Shown here in pieces: positions 50,101 through 64,000 of a stretch of 64,000 bases of DNA. Under the pieces are notes generated by a model, which saw only the letters and a list, made by a program, of their open reading frames with translations, was not told the DNA's origin and searched no databases. Made by a program: the position numbers and the translations under genes. Source of the DNA: Balanoglossus misakiensis (Eukaryota; Animalia; Hemichordata); NCBI GenBank assembly GCA_040954595.2, contig CM082586.2:6620509-6684508 (forward strand), given 5' to 3'. Numbering within the stretch: the first letter of the stretch is position 1; every line of letters begins with the position of its first letter.

Positions 50101-51442
50101 CATTCTCCGGGTGACTTTTATTCCAACAACTCTCTTTGATATTAAAATGATACTATTCCCCAAACAAATCCACAGTTATTCAGTCAATACACAAAATTAT
50201 GAATGGTAAACCACTCTTCCGGGGGCCTGTATGGCCCAACTCGATCAATATGGCATTGTTGTCTTGTCGTCCCAGTCAAAATATGACTTCTCAAGACGAT
50301 ATACGGACCCCCAGACTGGGTTGAAGATACTCGGTTGAGTTGAGTTGAGTTGAGTTATGTCGTGTTGTGAATTTTTATTTTGTGATGAGTACTGAACCCA
50401 ACTGACCTGGCCAATCTCTCAATCAGACTCGTCAGATTCCACTGGACAATATTTAATTACATAACTTGATATGATCGTCAAATGAGAGGTCGACAAGCCA
50501 TTCTTGGTTCCAAGGCAAGATAAAGGCCACCGTTTCAGTCCATCATCCAACAGGACTACATCACCGTCACATGTAAGTGTATTTTTCAATATTTGTACTA
50601 GTACCTTATTCTTATAATAGTACAGTATGGTTGATATTTGAAGAGGCGGCGATACAAACGACTGGGAAGGAACAATGACAGGAAACCTTTCATTCCAGAG
50701 TATATGACATGGACCGGTGAGGAATTACGTGAACAAACAAACCTTTGCACTGTTCATCGCTTTTACATGTAATGGGCACGCTTTCCTCGTGTAATTTCTA
50801 TTTCCCGCTTTGTGTAACAGTTCCACTACATCTGGAAGCACACTCGACTATTCTGATTCAACTGAATTTACTGGAAATCACACTGGTTGAAGCAATGTTG
50901 TATTGAAACTCGAACCTTCAGAGAAGGTGAGCGGTACGTCACACGCGAACAGAAAATCAGATTAGAAATTCGAAACAGCGCACCACAAGGGAACGAAATC
51001 ACCCATAAGGTGATTACTAGAAGCAAGGTGGGTGAAAACTCTTAAAGGTAATAACAGCGCAGTTGTAGCATGTCTAGAAGAAGGCAACCATAATTATAGA
51101 CCCTTCACGTTTCTGTACGAACATTCGTAAACGTTTTCATCATCATCTTACAGTATGAGTGTGATTAGACCAACTTTATTATTTTGATAATTAAAAATGG
51201 CGTCTACACGTTTCAATGTAGACATATATCAAACTAAAAATACGCACACAAAATTATCTCAAGCAATCGCTTCGTAGATGTTATTCAAAGAGCAGCAGAA
51301 GCGAAATCTAAGTCTACCTTGCTTATCTGCAATAATGGATGTCAAAAAATATACAGCCTATGCAACTGCTCTGGTCTTTAGTTACGGCCTTTAGTTCACC
51401 AGGACAAAGAGCGTGTCTCCTTGCGTGTCTGTCAGTCTGAAT

Positions 51443-51547
<105 letters not shown>

Positions 51548-51836
51548 TTCAATTCAGTCGTATGCATTAATGACACTAACTTCCTGTACTACAAAAAATA
51601 ACACTTAGATGGTCCATCATCGCTGGTAAACGGCTTTCTTTTATTAGGTATTGGCCACCATTTTGTCGATTGGTGGTTTGGTGGTTATGACGTATGCAGA
51701 CGGGTTCCATCATCATCATCATCGTCATCGTCATCATCTCGTTCTTTCTTTCTTTCTTTAACTTATTTATTATTTATTTATCTATTTATTTATTTGTTTA
51801 TTTTTTCTTAACAGCTTTATTATAACGACTTTAAGG

Positions 51837-53360
51837 ATGAGATGTATGCTTCTTAGAGTATGCCGCCGCCGTCTCTCAGCACCTGCCTTGGCGTGGACAT
51901 TATTAATCTGCATGTCTTTGGTGGTTCTTATTCTGTGGAAGCAGTGCGGACAAGGTGCGTAGAATTTACCTTCAAGTCGCGTTCGTCCCATGATCATCCT
52001 GTTGGTCTGCATCATGATATGTCGTTTGTTGAGGGTATGAATCAACATAGAGTGGTTCAACAGAAACCTTTCATCGTTGTGACTGGAGAGAGAGGGGGGG
52101 GGGTGATGGAGAGCGTCTCAAGGAACGGATCTAGGCCTATCTGAATCCCAGCCTCAAGCTTGCAAGACAAGACACGCGATTGTATGAATACAGAGCCACC
52201 CATCCCCAATCATGCGTTTGTTAGATGCAACTTCTTTGCGTTCAGACCAACCAACTCATTATATAGGTTTACTCCATGATTGTAAGTGACTCCCAGAATC
52301 AGTTGCACACGGCTTAGTTGACCTTTTGGCAAGAAGTTAAACTTTATCCTATTTTCTGTTCCATCCAGATACAGTTGCTATCAAGATGCGATATGACACC
52401 CAGAGAGTTGACCAGAAGATGACTGTGGCTGGACCGCTTAAAATAGCGGAACCCACGCGTACCATCATTACAGGCGATAACGTCCCGGAAACGAGCATAT
52501 CAGACTTATTGCAATTTGCTGAGGAACAGGGACATAACGACTCGCACAGTAGCCCAAGCCACGAGATTTCACGAGAAGACGAATTTGCCAGGAGGAGGCG
52601 GCAGGTGGAGTCGGCGTGCACCACGCACGCGCACGGCAAACAAAAAATGCGTTATGAGTTCTTCAACAAACGAGTGCTTGTGAACGACGAGTACAAGGTT
52701 ATATTTTGCCCCGTTGCGAAGGCGGCGAATTCTAACTGGCGAAGGGTGTTCCTTTATTTGAGTGGGAAGACGGGCAACCCGATGGACATCAACACTTCGG
52801 TCTACAGGTTCAAGTACAACACCCTGCAGTCTTACAACAAGACCGAGCGGGCCAAAAGGTTGGCAACCTACACTAAATTCATGTTCACCAGGAACCCGTT
52901 CACGAGATTGCTGTCGGCCTACAGAGACAAGTTCCAGGACAATCCCGAACCGCACGCCGTTCAGTTCTATTCCAAGCACATCAAGAACGTTTCCAAGTCT
53001 GGCAACATCTCGAGCCCCGTGACGTTTGAGGAATTCGCGAGATGGAGAGGCAAGGTGCCGTACACGGGCAACGAGCACTGGATGGTGATTGAAAAATTGT
53101 GCTTCCCTTGTCACGTGCACTACGATTACATCGGCAACTACGAAACACTGGCCGAGGACACCGAATTTATCCTCCGAAAGCTCGGCGTGGACAAGAAGAT
53201 AACATTCCCCGATATCATTCCGCACAAAACGAACAGCTCGCGGAGAGACACGTTGGAGGAGTATTTCAGTAAATTATCGAAGGAGGACATCGAAGCTTTG
53301 TATCGCGTGTACGATTTTGATTTTGAACTGTTCGGATACAACAAGTCCGACTTTCTATAG
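51837..53360 (+). CDS. Golgi carbohydrate sulfotransferase (CHST11/HNK-1ST family), 2 coding exons, ~369 aa
   Basis: Exon 51837-51954 encodes the type II TM LAWTLLICMSLVVLILW and joins 52369-53360. 5'-PSB FCPVAKAANSNW, 3'-PB KFMFTRNPFTRLLSAYRDKF, plus NEHW, LCFPC and DFELFGY. Confidence 0.92.
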
Positions 53361-54564
53361 AGCTGTTTTATTGGATCAGCAATTAATTTAGCAAAACAAA
53401 ACAGAAATGGATACTGGTGTTGTTGACCAGACCAGACATTCGAATGTCCCGGCGATTTTGTAACACCGGAAAGATGAATTATATTACATTTATAGTTTCT
53501 ATTCTGTCAGCAGTGGACAGTTGTGCCCTGTCCAGTGCTATAAAGACTCGTGTTTGGATAAAAATATTTTATCTGATGAATACCGTTTGCCAATTGTACA
53601 GCTGGTTCGAATTCTTGAACAAGTGTCAAGAAATGATGATTGTGCTATACACGTTGTACGGTGAACAATAAACGCAAATACAGTGTTCGATTCAACTTCT
53701 CAAAACGCCAGTATTATTTGTTTCACCTAATTTAATAATAAATAAGTAACTCGCCAGGAATTAATATCTGGAATTCGCCAATTCTAATGCACTAGGCTAC
53801 ACACTGCTAATTTGAGAGCATAAATACATAAATAAAGTAAAGCACCAAATTCATTAAGTCTTTTGTGAAAGAAATATAATCCAATACACTCTCGATATTG
53901 TAAACCTTAAAGTTTGATGTTTTAGTTATAATTGTAACTGATTAAACCTCATTGTTGATCACACGATTTTAAACACTACGATCAAACGCTGGGTGTCGAG
54001 GAACAGCATAACAAGTATGAATCATTAATCTAATCATAACGAAATTTGAAACTTAAGTTTAGAAAACACAAATGTGTCTTTACAACCCAGAAAACCTAAT
54101 TATGTAAATTCTGTTGCTTATATGAAAGGATAATGGTCCTTGACACGGACAGTGTCTGAACAAAGGAATAAGAAAGGCACTTTTTGATAGAAAAGCAAAA
54201 TGTTCAAAAAACTTGATTATAGTTCCAAGTGACCTTTGATACCAAAATGGTTGATCGTCAAAGAATGAAAATAACACTTAAGATTGTTTTAGACTTTGTC
54301 AAAGAAACGTATCCTCTGATTCCTCTGGCCGTCTGAATTTCAACGGATAATAGATTTGATAGAGTGATCCTTGAGTCGAGGGAAACTCGATACGTAGATG
54401 ATAAAATCGTCCACCTCTGCCCTCACCTCCACAAAATGAAGGTAAAAGGTCATTTAATAACCTGCCAAAGGTACCATTGCTCCAGAACTGCACAAAACTG
54501 TTTAAGTCCACAGAAATACCAGAGTGATCTCTTGTAACAAATAACGCTTCTGCGTATCTTCATA

Positions 54565-56490
54565 TCATTCCGTTGATTTGTAATGGCCGACCAGTCTGCA
54601 GAGAGAGAGAGAGAGAGAGACATTAGGTTTGTATGACACTTTAATAAAACAAGACATACAAGAATCTATTGAAAATTATTTTTGGGGGAATTTATCAACT
54701 TGAACCAAGTGTAGGCTATGTGCTGTTGTCGGCTGTGCCTGTCACGTGTGGTAGAAGCACAGTGGTCTGGCGGTTGGAGGCACAGCCAGGTAACAACACG
54801 CAGCCCTGCCACGCCAATCTACGCGATAGAAAGACAACCACTAACTTGATTTGGTCCTTCTTGTCGTCGGCTGTCCGGGCACACCCGAAACAAAATATCA
54901 GTAAACCAATGGAGAACGCAACGACAGTGACTGCGACCCCGAGCAGGATGCAATACCAGGGCGAGTTCAAAAACCCGCCGCCCAGCGCCGCTACGTCCGA
55001 CTGCGAGTGGATCACCGCTGGACCGTTTTGGGGTTGGTCGGAAGTTGCCAGTGTTTCCACCTGGGTCGAGGCGGTTGAGCCGTTGGTTGACGGTGCCTCC
55101 GTAGGGGGCGCTGTTGTAGGTATGACTGAAAAAAATGAATAAAATTGAAATGCAAATGTGCATAATGTTCACCCAAGTCTTCAATGATTGGAGGTCGATA
55201 ATTAATGACCACTCATATCTATAACGCTTCAGCCACTTGTTTGAATATTTGACAAAGTGTCTTCATAATGCAAGTTTCACAGACTGTATTAACCAGTATT
55301 AACTATACAAGTTCCTTACAAATTGTGTCATAGAGGGCGTGGTATCCCTTTTTATTGACCATGGTATCCGTATGCAGTAACAGCTGCACGTGGTTGCCTG
55401 TCGACGTATAGTTAAAGGGGTCTTTACTTCCACAGTGTTCCTCTGATGTGTCAGCTGTGACGTCAACTATCTGAAACAGTGGCAAAAAGAAAACGTTAGA
55501 AGACTCCAGCACGACATTTTTTCCCTGATCAGGATTCCGTGTGGGTTGTAAATAGACTGATACCGTGTAAACTGTACATGTTGATTTGTTGTAAAGTTTG
55601 CTCCCCGTTATGTGATCAGCTTCTGTAGTATTCAAGAGTTTTAGCACAGAGATCGTATCATGGACCACAAAGAATACAATGTATGTGCGGTGTCCAAACT
55701 GACTGTAGAGGGAAAACGAGAACATGAAAAGTGGACATTTTATTATAAGTTCATCGCTGAAAAAATGTAGAAACAGTTTTGGGAGGGGTCGTCGATTGAA
55801 GCCGTGATACATGAGCAACACCCTTCCAAACGGGAGTGCCTCCCCCCGGAGTTTCACTTCTGCTGGTAGTACGTACGTCATGTGCAGTACGAAAGTTCAA
55901 TCAGTTGTACTTACTGTTAACATGTCGTAGCACTTCAAAGTGCCGTCCACCTTTGTTTCTGGCGCCTCCATCTGAAAGTCGTCGAAATAAAGTCCGATGA
56001 CGTACCGACCCTCCACCTGAATATCAGTGGTGCAGTCCAAACCACTCTCATACCTCTCGGGGTAGTTCGGCGATTCTATTTCACCACTCGGCTCTGTCAA
56101 CATGACGTCACACGTAGTGGCTTTCGAAAGACGGATTGAAATATTATAGTAAAGTTAACGTCGTTGGTTTTGTTTGAGGACATGGCCGAAACCCTGTCTA
56201 TCCAGCTACGTGACATGCAATAATGACCACTTTTAAACGTATGGGACTGGCAGTCGCTCTTCTGAGAAGTTAAATTCCGACCAATGCAAATTGTTATTAT
56301 TTTTTAAAGATTGATTTGTGTTTGTCTTGTTATTTTTTTAAAAAAATCTGTTTTTCGCTGAGTTTATACTAGATGGAGATTTATGTGAAAAAATCGCACT
56401 GGTATGGCACTATAGTTAGAACGTACCCGCCATGGCAGTCGGTATACATTGAAACACCAACAAACACGAAATCAGCGGCAAGAATTCCAT
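54565..56490 (-). CDS. Single-CUB-domain type I membrane protein, ~243 aa
   Basis: Exons 56490-56427 (signal peptide), 56120-55915 and 55470-55320 (CUB: SGEIESPNYP..C..CYDML..CG..TSTGN..GYHALY), 55125-54846 (S/T stalk plus TM) and probably 54595-54565. If the last intron is not spliced the stop is at 54716. Confidence 0.8.
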
Positions 56491-59400
56491 TCTGCCTGAG
56501 AACCTGGAATAACTACTGTTTAAATCCTGTTGGAAAATAAATAGAAAACGCAAACACTTATCGTTATCTACGCTATTAGCCTGCAACAGCTAAACGAACA
56601 AATACTTTAAGGTGACGCACACGTATGCTCATTCCAGGCTCACATGACCATTCCATATATGTAAACGCACAACTTCCACGTTGTTGCTTTTCTCTGGTCT
56701 TTACCAATAATTACCGATTCATTTAATTCATCTTACAATGCCATTATCACGCACAGCTTGGTTGTGTCCAGAAAAATGCGTGTTGCGTTTACCCCTGGGG
56801 GAAATATTAATTCTCGCTATCATTGTCGAATCAGAAATGCCTTCGAACCATTATGCATCGCGTGTTGCGATAAAACAACTTCCATATGGAATATTGTTTA
56901 TATGACCCAACCATGCCCGAAAGCAAATAATATATCTTATTATGCTAAGACCATATGAAATGATTGTTTATGTGGTTGTTGTTTTTGATATCGAAAATGG
57001 GAGGACCGGCGAGCGGAAAAAAATGAGCAAGTGGATTTTGAAACCGTGCCCCCTGCGCAGACATGCGTACTGTGTGCTATTGTCACGAACACACATTTAA
57101 ATCAGCATACCTGAACACGCATCTTAGCCACGTACGCATCTTTTTAAAATCCACCTGTCATTAAATTTGCAATTTATATGCAATCGCAATCTCACAATTT
57201 CATCTGTTGACCTTCTACGACCTTTGATAAACGGTTTGCGCTGCGCGAAAAGAATGCACTGAGCATTGATGTTAAGCAATGATGATTTATACGTTTTGGA
57301 ATTCAATTAATACTGGTAGTTGGCAATTAACACACATCATCGAAAAAAAGTCAACCTTTGGAAGGGATACAGACCAAAAGTGGTTGGAATGTACCACAAT
57401 AAAATGAACAAAATGTCTGAGAGCATTGTTGACTGAGACAGCGAGAATCTGTTTACTTCATGGTACTGTAGTTCGTATAGAACGAATATTTGCTAGTACA
57501 AATGAACAAACTACACGTCCACTGCACTTACTTACGATACGCACATGATATGTAACAAAGGGACATATGGCTCAATTGCAATATAACCATATTGCTGTAT
57601 CGAACACAAATATTTCTCAAAGATAGTTAGCTGGTGTCATACATCTCGCAGATGTAACATTTGAGCAATACTTCCATTGGTTTATTTTGGAAACGAATGG
57701 AACTGTTGCGTTGTTCATGTACTTCACTCGTGAGATGGGGCGGGGGTAGAAGACACCTGTTGCATGTCATATGAGAGCGAGAGTGAGAGAGGGAGAGAGA
57801 GAGAGAAGGGGGGAGGTGGATTCTAATATGGTACTAGAATGTACCGTTGCACTAAACAAAGTATGATATTATGGTTGCACAGTTTACTTAACAGGCATAC
57901 AAAAAATATCACTGGGTTGTATCACCACATGCTGACATATACGTCCATATATGCCTGCAGGGTAACATATTTTGTAATAGCAATCTAATAATGATAGTTT
58001 CCACGGCAACACAGACGACCATTTTGTACCATTGCAAAGTTTACGCATGCAAGAGAATGCTTGAAATCTCATAAATGGAATATAAAAACTTAACGGGCTT
58101 CTGGAATATTTCAGAATTATAATAACGGATATGTTCTGCTTTTAAACCACGTTCAAATGATAACGTGGCTTCCTGTAGATGAAACGTATGGCTATGATTG
58201 CAAAACATGAAACAGTTGAAAATATAATTTGTCTTCCACTTACCTTCAGTGTAAACCAAATCTGTAAAGTGTGTCTCAGTTCATCGTATCGTTGACAAAT
58301 TGAGACAGGCTCTGGTATTCCTGAGAGGAGCGAAGACGAGCGCGCCAGCCACGCGGTGCTAAACAGTCACCTCTCCGCGCTTGTGACGCCAACGCTCCTC
58401 CAGCGGGTATTGTGAAGTGCGCGTACTGCAAATGTATTCAGTTCACCGTTTGACCTTATAGCACGGGTAATTGCACACAGATACCTTGTATACCGACACT
58501 GCTCTGTGTAAAACGAAATTCGCGGGTGTTCCCGTCTCACAAAATAAACAAAAAACGGCGAATGTTCAACGGACGAAGAATGGTTGAATGCACAAAGCGT
58601 GGAACGACGGTAAAATTTTGTTAAAAAAATTACGCCAGGTGGATTTATACGACTGATTTCTATTACCCCGGTGAAATTTGAAAGAACCACCTGTTAAAAC
58701 TCAACGAAGCGTCATTATGCAAATCAGTAATGACGTCAACAATTTATAAGATGATATAAGGCCATGAATCGAAATAACCACAAATGTCTGCACATCCAAA
58801 TATGCCCTTAGAGAAGCTGTCTAATCACCACTGCACGTGTCGCAGTAACAAACGCTAATTTCCACCATCTCCATGGAAACGGCATTTTTCATCATAAACC
58901 TAGAGGCGAACATATTGTAATTTATTTTTATACAATTCTAACAAATGTATACAAATGAAACAAAAATCAAACACAAGAGCCTAGATAATGTACAACGAGT
59001 ACATCGTAGTAAAATCATTCCAGGTACAATTTTATTTCATGAGGGTTGTCGCTAACATCCACGTTTTAGTATCATCTAATGATATGATGTGTAACATCTG
59101 GCAAAGGATATACATGTAGTTGTTCAACGACCACTTTAGCCCTACTCCATAACAATGTCATAACATCTGTGTAAGCATATCTCTTAAGGAGATCTCTCAA
59201 AACCTAAACATGAACACAAATAATCGAATGCAAATATTCTCACGGCCCATGGGAGAATTTACGTAAACAGTCATTTCAGTAAAACTACTGCGCATTTTCT
59301 TCATCTCCCAGAACAATCTGGACACGATCAGCATTTTCAAACGATTATCAGTATTATATAGCTCAGTAATCCTTGTTTTTTTTACATTTTATTAAGAGGC

Positions 59401-62194
59401 TTTTCGTTTGTTATTGCTCACTTGAATGACGTCAATTTTTATGTATATTGGAGCATCACTAAAACCCATCTGCAGTAGTATTTACAGCATAATTTGAGGC
59501 TTTACTTTTAAACTGGTATCATTAAGGCAGGCTTTTCCTAAAAGGTATAGCCGGGTGATATGTCAAGAGCTCAATTGTTACCTAAAATTGTGGGTTGAAT
59601 TTTACAAAACTGAAGACCACAATGACACATGTGTTTGAGTGTAGTTTGTATAAAAACTAAAAGAATATTATTTCATCTTCTATTGGAGACAAATAACATG
59701 GTCTTGTTCTGTTGCTTTCAGTCAGATGGGCATTGCACAGCTGCAGAATAAAAACAGAAACACGTACTGGAAATCTGTATATTTGCGACATACTTCTGAA
59801 TTTATTCCATCCACTAATGTATGATCCAAAACTCTGCCTTGGCAACTTATTTATCAAAACTGAAATATGCCTTCCAAGTCGTCATAACTGTTGCAAAAAT
59901 TGTGCAGGCACCTAACAAAATACAATACTACAGATAAAATACATGTCTATGTACAACGGAGCTATTTACATCTAATACCATTGCTACTGTAATCACCGTT
60001 TACATGTATACCCTGCTGATTTGAAACATGAGCTATTTATGAAATGTTGTACGACAATCATAATTTGTAAATGTTTGATCATTTTGGTCCAAAAACAACA
60101 AAAAGTGAACATTTGTAACATATCTTGGCAGTAAAAGCGCCACCTATTAAATTAATCGTTTACAGAAATACGACCAAACTGAAATGTGGTGGCAATGCGA
60201 TTTTTCTCACTACTGATACAAAATTTGCCACTGTTACATAATTACTTGAGTATTCATATCTAATACACACATATACAGGTTTAGACTTACACTATGAGAA
60301 TAAAAATATCACTGAGTCGACCGAGAACAGTGACACTGTCATGAACTTGTCATGGATGGTCCACTTAACAATGTATGGTAAAACACTTACAGTATAAATA
60401 ACGCAAACAAAAATGGTATTCACATTGATTGAACAGAAAAGCAACAATACAAATACACTACATCAATAATGGATATATCTATTTCCCTAAGTAATTGCAA
60501 TAACTTTAAAAAAGAAGTCCATATTCTTTTTGCCTCCAGAAAAAAAAGAGATTCCTATCTTGAAGCTGTGATGGGGAGGATAGGCCACTTTGGCATAGCA
60601 ACAGCTGGAAAATTCTGTTCTATATAAACACAGAGCAATTTACCATCCAGTGATTTGACCCTTATTTGGTGATGTGGATTAAATCAGGTTTGAAGGGATA
60701 TTTATCGTGGGTTTACAAAATCTTTAAACAATATCCAGAATATGTTACTATGGGAACAGAAGACATGTGATGGAATCGTACTGCACAAAAGCTATTATAA
60801 TATCTGCTCACATACTGGAAACATTTGTAGGCAATGCCATATGGCAAATGATATTAACATGATTAAAGGTCACCTGTTGTTGGTTTGAGTCGAGTACAGA
60901 TTGCAGTTCATGGCACGTGAATGAGTTGCCGCAGCAGAGTGTAGGTACATGTATCAGACAGGTGTCTCTACATGGTTTATACATACAAGCTCTCAAGTCT
61001 GTTTTCTGCCAAGACACCAGTCAATTGTCGATCAATCAGGCAAATATATACCACCCACACACTGATAGATATGAAAGCATGGACTTGTATCATATGATTG
61101 CATCATTTTAAAATGATAATATTTTCTTATTTCAGTCTGGTAATTTTGATTGCACTGGCACCATGAAAGTAATGAGGCCAAAATGAAAATGTGATTGACA
61201 TAGTTGAAAAAAGCAATATTTGTACCTCAACAAACACAAGATAATTCCCATACAGTTTACTCTCCCACCAATTTCAGTAACTCATTCCCAATCAACCAAT
61301 CAGATCTCTCTCTGTCCATTCTTGCAGAAAACTAGTGTTACATCTCATTCTACGTTAGCATGCAGTAGAATATTACTATGATAATAACTTATAAACTGAG
61401 CAAGCTCTCATAAAACCACACTATGCATAGCCACACTGAAAGTACCACTAACTAAAGAAGAAAAGTTTGGTTTTCAAAAGTATGAAAAATCACGTCAAGG
61501 GATAAAAATTGTCTTAACTATCCTTACAATTCAAGATTATTATAGAAAATTTACAAAAGGGTGTTAATTTGTTTAAACCTATAAAAACCCACATATTTTG
61601 GAATAATCCACTTGCCTGTCTGCATTGCTTGGCCAATGCATTGGGTAATGTGAGTGAAAGGTTTCAACAGTCAGCCTCTATACTCGAAATAAAATTCAGT
61701 GCGAGATCAATTTTTAAAATGACGTCATTGGTATCACCCCATTTTCAGATGACATGTTCTCCCCACATAATTGGAAAAGCAGGATCAAACCAAAAAATGT
61801 GGTAGTCGTAGGGGTGATCCAAAACACCTGCATCGCATCGTTTTCTAATTCTACAAATCTGAATATGAAATCTGTGGCATATCTGTTTGCTTTGTAAATC
61901 TATACATGGGTTAGGTCTCTACTTAAAATTAGTAGCATAATTGTATTTTGGAGGAAAATCAAATTTTTGGTTATAGTTCAGAATAAGGTACCTACTCTAC
62001 TCCACCTGATCGTGGAGGAATTTTGGTGACAAAAAAGCCATGTAAAAGCATGTAAGAATCTGAGAATAATATCAATGTCCTCAAGCAATTCAAAATAGCT
62101 GCCACTTTTTTAATTACAGTCAGAATTGCGGGTAAACTGAAAAGAGGTATTACTGGCTGAGGTAAGCCATAGCAGCTAACTTGCCAAGGTATTT

Positions 62195-62271
62195 CAAGCA
62201 ATAATGGTATCAACCAATAATGACATCAAGCAATAATGGTATCAACCAATAATGACCTATAGCAATAATGG
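62195..62271. repeat. 32-bp tandem repeat (~2.4 copies) in the probable ADAM17 3'UTR
   Basis: Unit CAAGCAATAATGGTATCAACCAATAATGACAT. Confidence 0.85.
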
Positions 62272-62453
62272 CACCAAAATACAGAGGGTAGTTCTACCAA
62301 GTGTAAATGTCCCTCTGAAATAGAATTTTCTTCAGACAAGCCAATTTGATCTCGATGAGGAACCGTTTTCTCACTTCTGGCATTGCTGTCACGTTTTTTT
62401 GTGTACCTTGGTTGGGGGTGATGAGGTAGCTACTGTTCCAGCCATTGTTTCTG

Positions 62454-63819
62454 CTACATCCGCGTTTCAAACTGTATTTCTTGGGGTCTCACAGGAGGCT
62501 GTGAGGCCAGCTTGTGGCTCTGGACCCTGTGTACGTCTTGTGGACGGAAAAGCTCGCGATTCTGAAAGAAATAAAAAAAAAGACAAAGTCTGCTCATTTT
62601 CACAGAAAGAAAATTTTCTAATAGAGTATCCTGGGATTATTAAACTTTGCGAAACATCTGTCTGAATCAATGATGTTTCACGGTTTCATCTTTTCCTCAT
62701 AAAACTAGAGTAAACCCGACTTAGCCGAAATGTCACAGCAGCTGAACCAGGCGACCCCTACTTTTGCAGCAGCAGTGGCACGACCCTGTGCACTGACATG
62801 CTGGGGGGTCAGTCCATTTGAAAAGAAGCGGGGAACAGCAGGTAGGAGGACGATGAGCTTTCAGTTTGAAGTAGAGTGAGGCACTGGTGTGGTAACGGCA
62901 AAACAAAGACATTACGGGAACATCTGACGTGCACTATACGCATCACTTAATCTTCTTCAATACAAACTGAGTCACTCCTTATCTATAAATAATTGCATCA
63001 TTCAACTGCATCAAATCACAATTACGTCAGCTGACGTCATTCTGTCATGCTGCAGAGCCTGACAGACAGCAGGAACAGTCTGCATAAGTAATTGCATTTG
63101 TATTCAGGTTTTCTGTTTCCTGAATTTTTTTTCACATGAAGAAAACTGAGTTTACCGTTGGATGAAGCCACTTGTTAGCTTCCTCAGCCTCCTTTTCTCT
63201 CCTTGTGTCCTGAAAGAGGAGAAAAAAAAACACAAATCTTCAGAAAATATTCTTTGTATGTATGTATGTATGTATGTATGTATGTATGTATGTATGTATG
63301 TATGTATGTATGTATGTATGTATGTATGTATGTATGTATGATGTATGGATGTATGTATGTATGTATGTATGTATGTATGTATGTATGTATGTATGTATGT
63401 ATGTATGTATGTATGTCTTGTTCTAAAATTAACAGTTCATCAGATGTCACAGATCATCATGACTAAATGACAGTTCCCACGGTCTTTGTTACTATGGCAC
63501 AATGAAACGGTTGCTTTGACAACTTACCACGTAATGGACCACACAGCTACACGGTATCCAGATAATCAAAGACAAAACGATGACAGTGCCTACGATGTTG
63601 TCCTCCATGAATTTTGCTGCAGATAGAGACAAACAAAACATGTGGTGACTGTGCTTATCAGCAGTGTAGTGTAGTTGGTCAAAATTTGACATCATCTCTT
63701 GGTCATCTTTGAACATAAGCTATAAAAACCACTGAACTACCTATGCTGTTGATGTTGATATCTTCGATGACATCCCAAAATCTTTCCACAACATCCTGGG
63801 TGGACTTCTTACAGATACC
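62454..63819 (-). CDS. ADAM17: ADAM17/TACE, last four coding exons (5' part beyond the window)
   Basis: Exons 63819-63741, 63616-63528, 63209-63156, 62561-62454. [57 protein letters not shown] matches the ADAM17 CANDIS/TM region. The tail ends ETRM*. Confidence 0.9.
63255..63416. repeat. (TATG)n microsatellite in an ADAM17 intron
   Basis: Tetranucleotide run with one interruption. Confidence 0.97.
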
Positions 63820-64000
63820 CTGTGACGACAGAGGAAATTGGTGAAAATTGGATCAAAAGTACAGAGTGTTTGCTTACTATCTCAGAGATGCATAGTTTGT
63901 ATATGCTTTTCTAAGGATAACACTAGATTGCTCAGGAAGGTCATGCTACTACCATATATTGGTAACTAAGTAAGTGTACATGTGAATATAACTGACCAAA

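Overview
Gene-dense, intron-rich animal genomic DNA, probably an invertebrate deuterostome (inference; species cannot be determined here). I reconstructed exon chains by hand from GT-AG boundaries and reading phase for 11 protein-coding genes. In order they are KICS2/C12orf66 (+), a DUF4787-like secreted protein (-), a 23-exon gene (-), MED30 (+), a quick-to-court-like coiled-coil/GRIP protein (-), a crotonase/enoyl-CoA hydratase (+), TCP1/CCT1 (-), an ankyrin-SOCS box protein (+), a CHST11-like sulfotransferase (+), a CUB single-pass membrane protein (-) and the 3' end of ADAM17 (-). The most striking item is the 23-exon gene. It encodes one ~1683-aa ORF joining a ZNF512/ZNF512B-type C2HC/C2H2 zinc-finger array to the TFIIIC110 (GTF3C2/Tfc6) WD40 domain. 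Its likely 5' leader also carries a Pol III-type A-box/B-box/TTTT cassette, reminiscent of TFIIIC autoregulation of yeast TFC6. The window also has two U12-type (minor) introns, at least seven families of short terminal-inverted-repeat elements (MITEs), and several micro- and minisatellites. Homology calls come from recalled family motifs, not from database searches.
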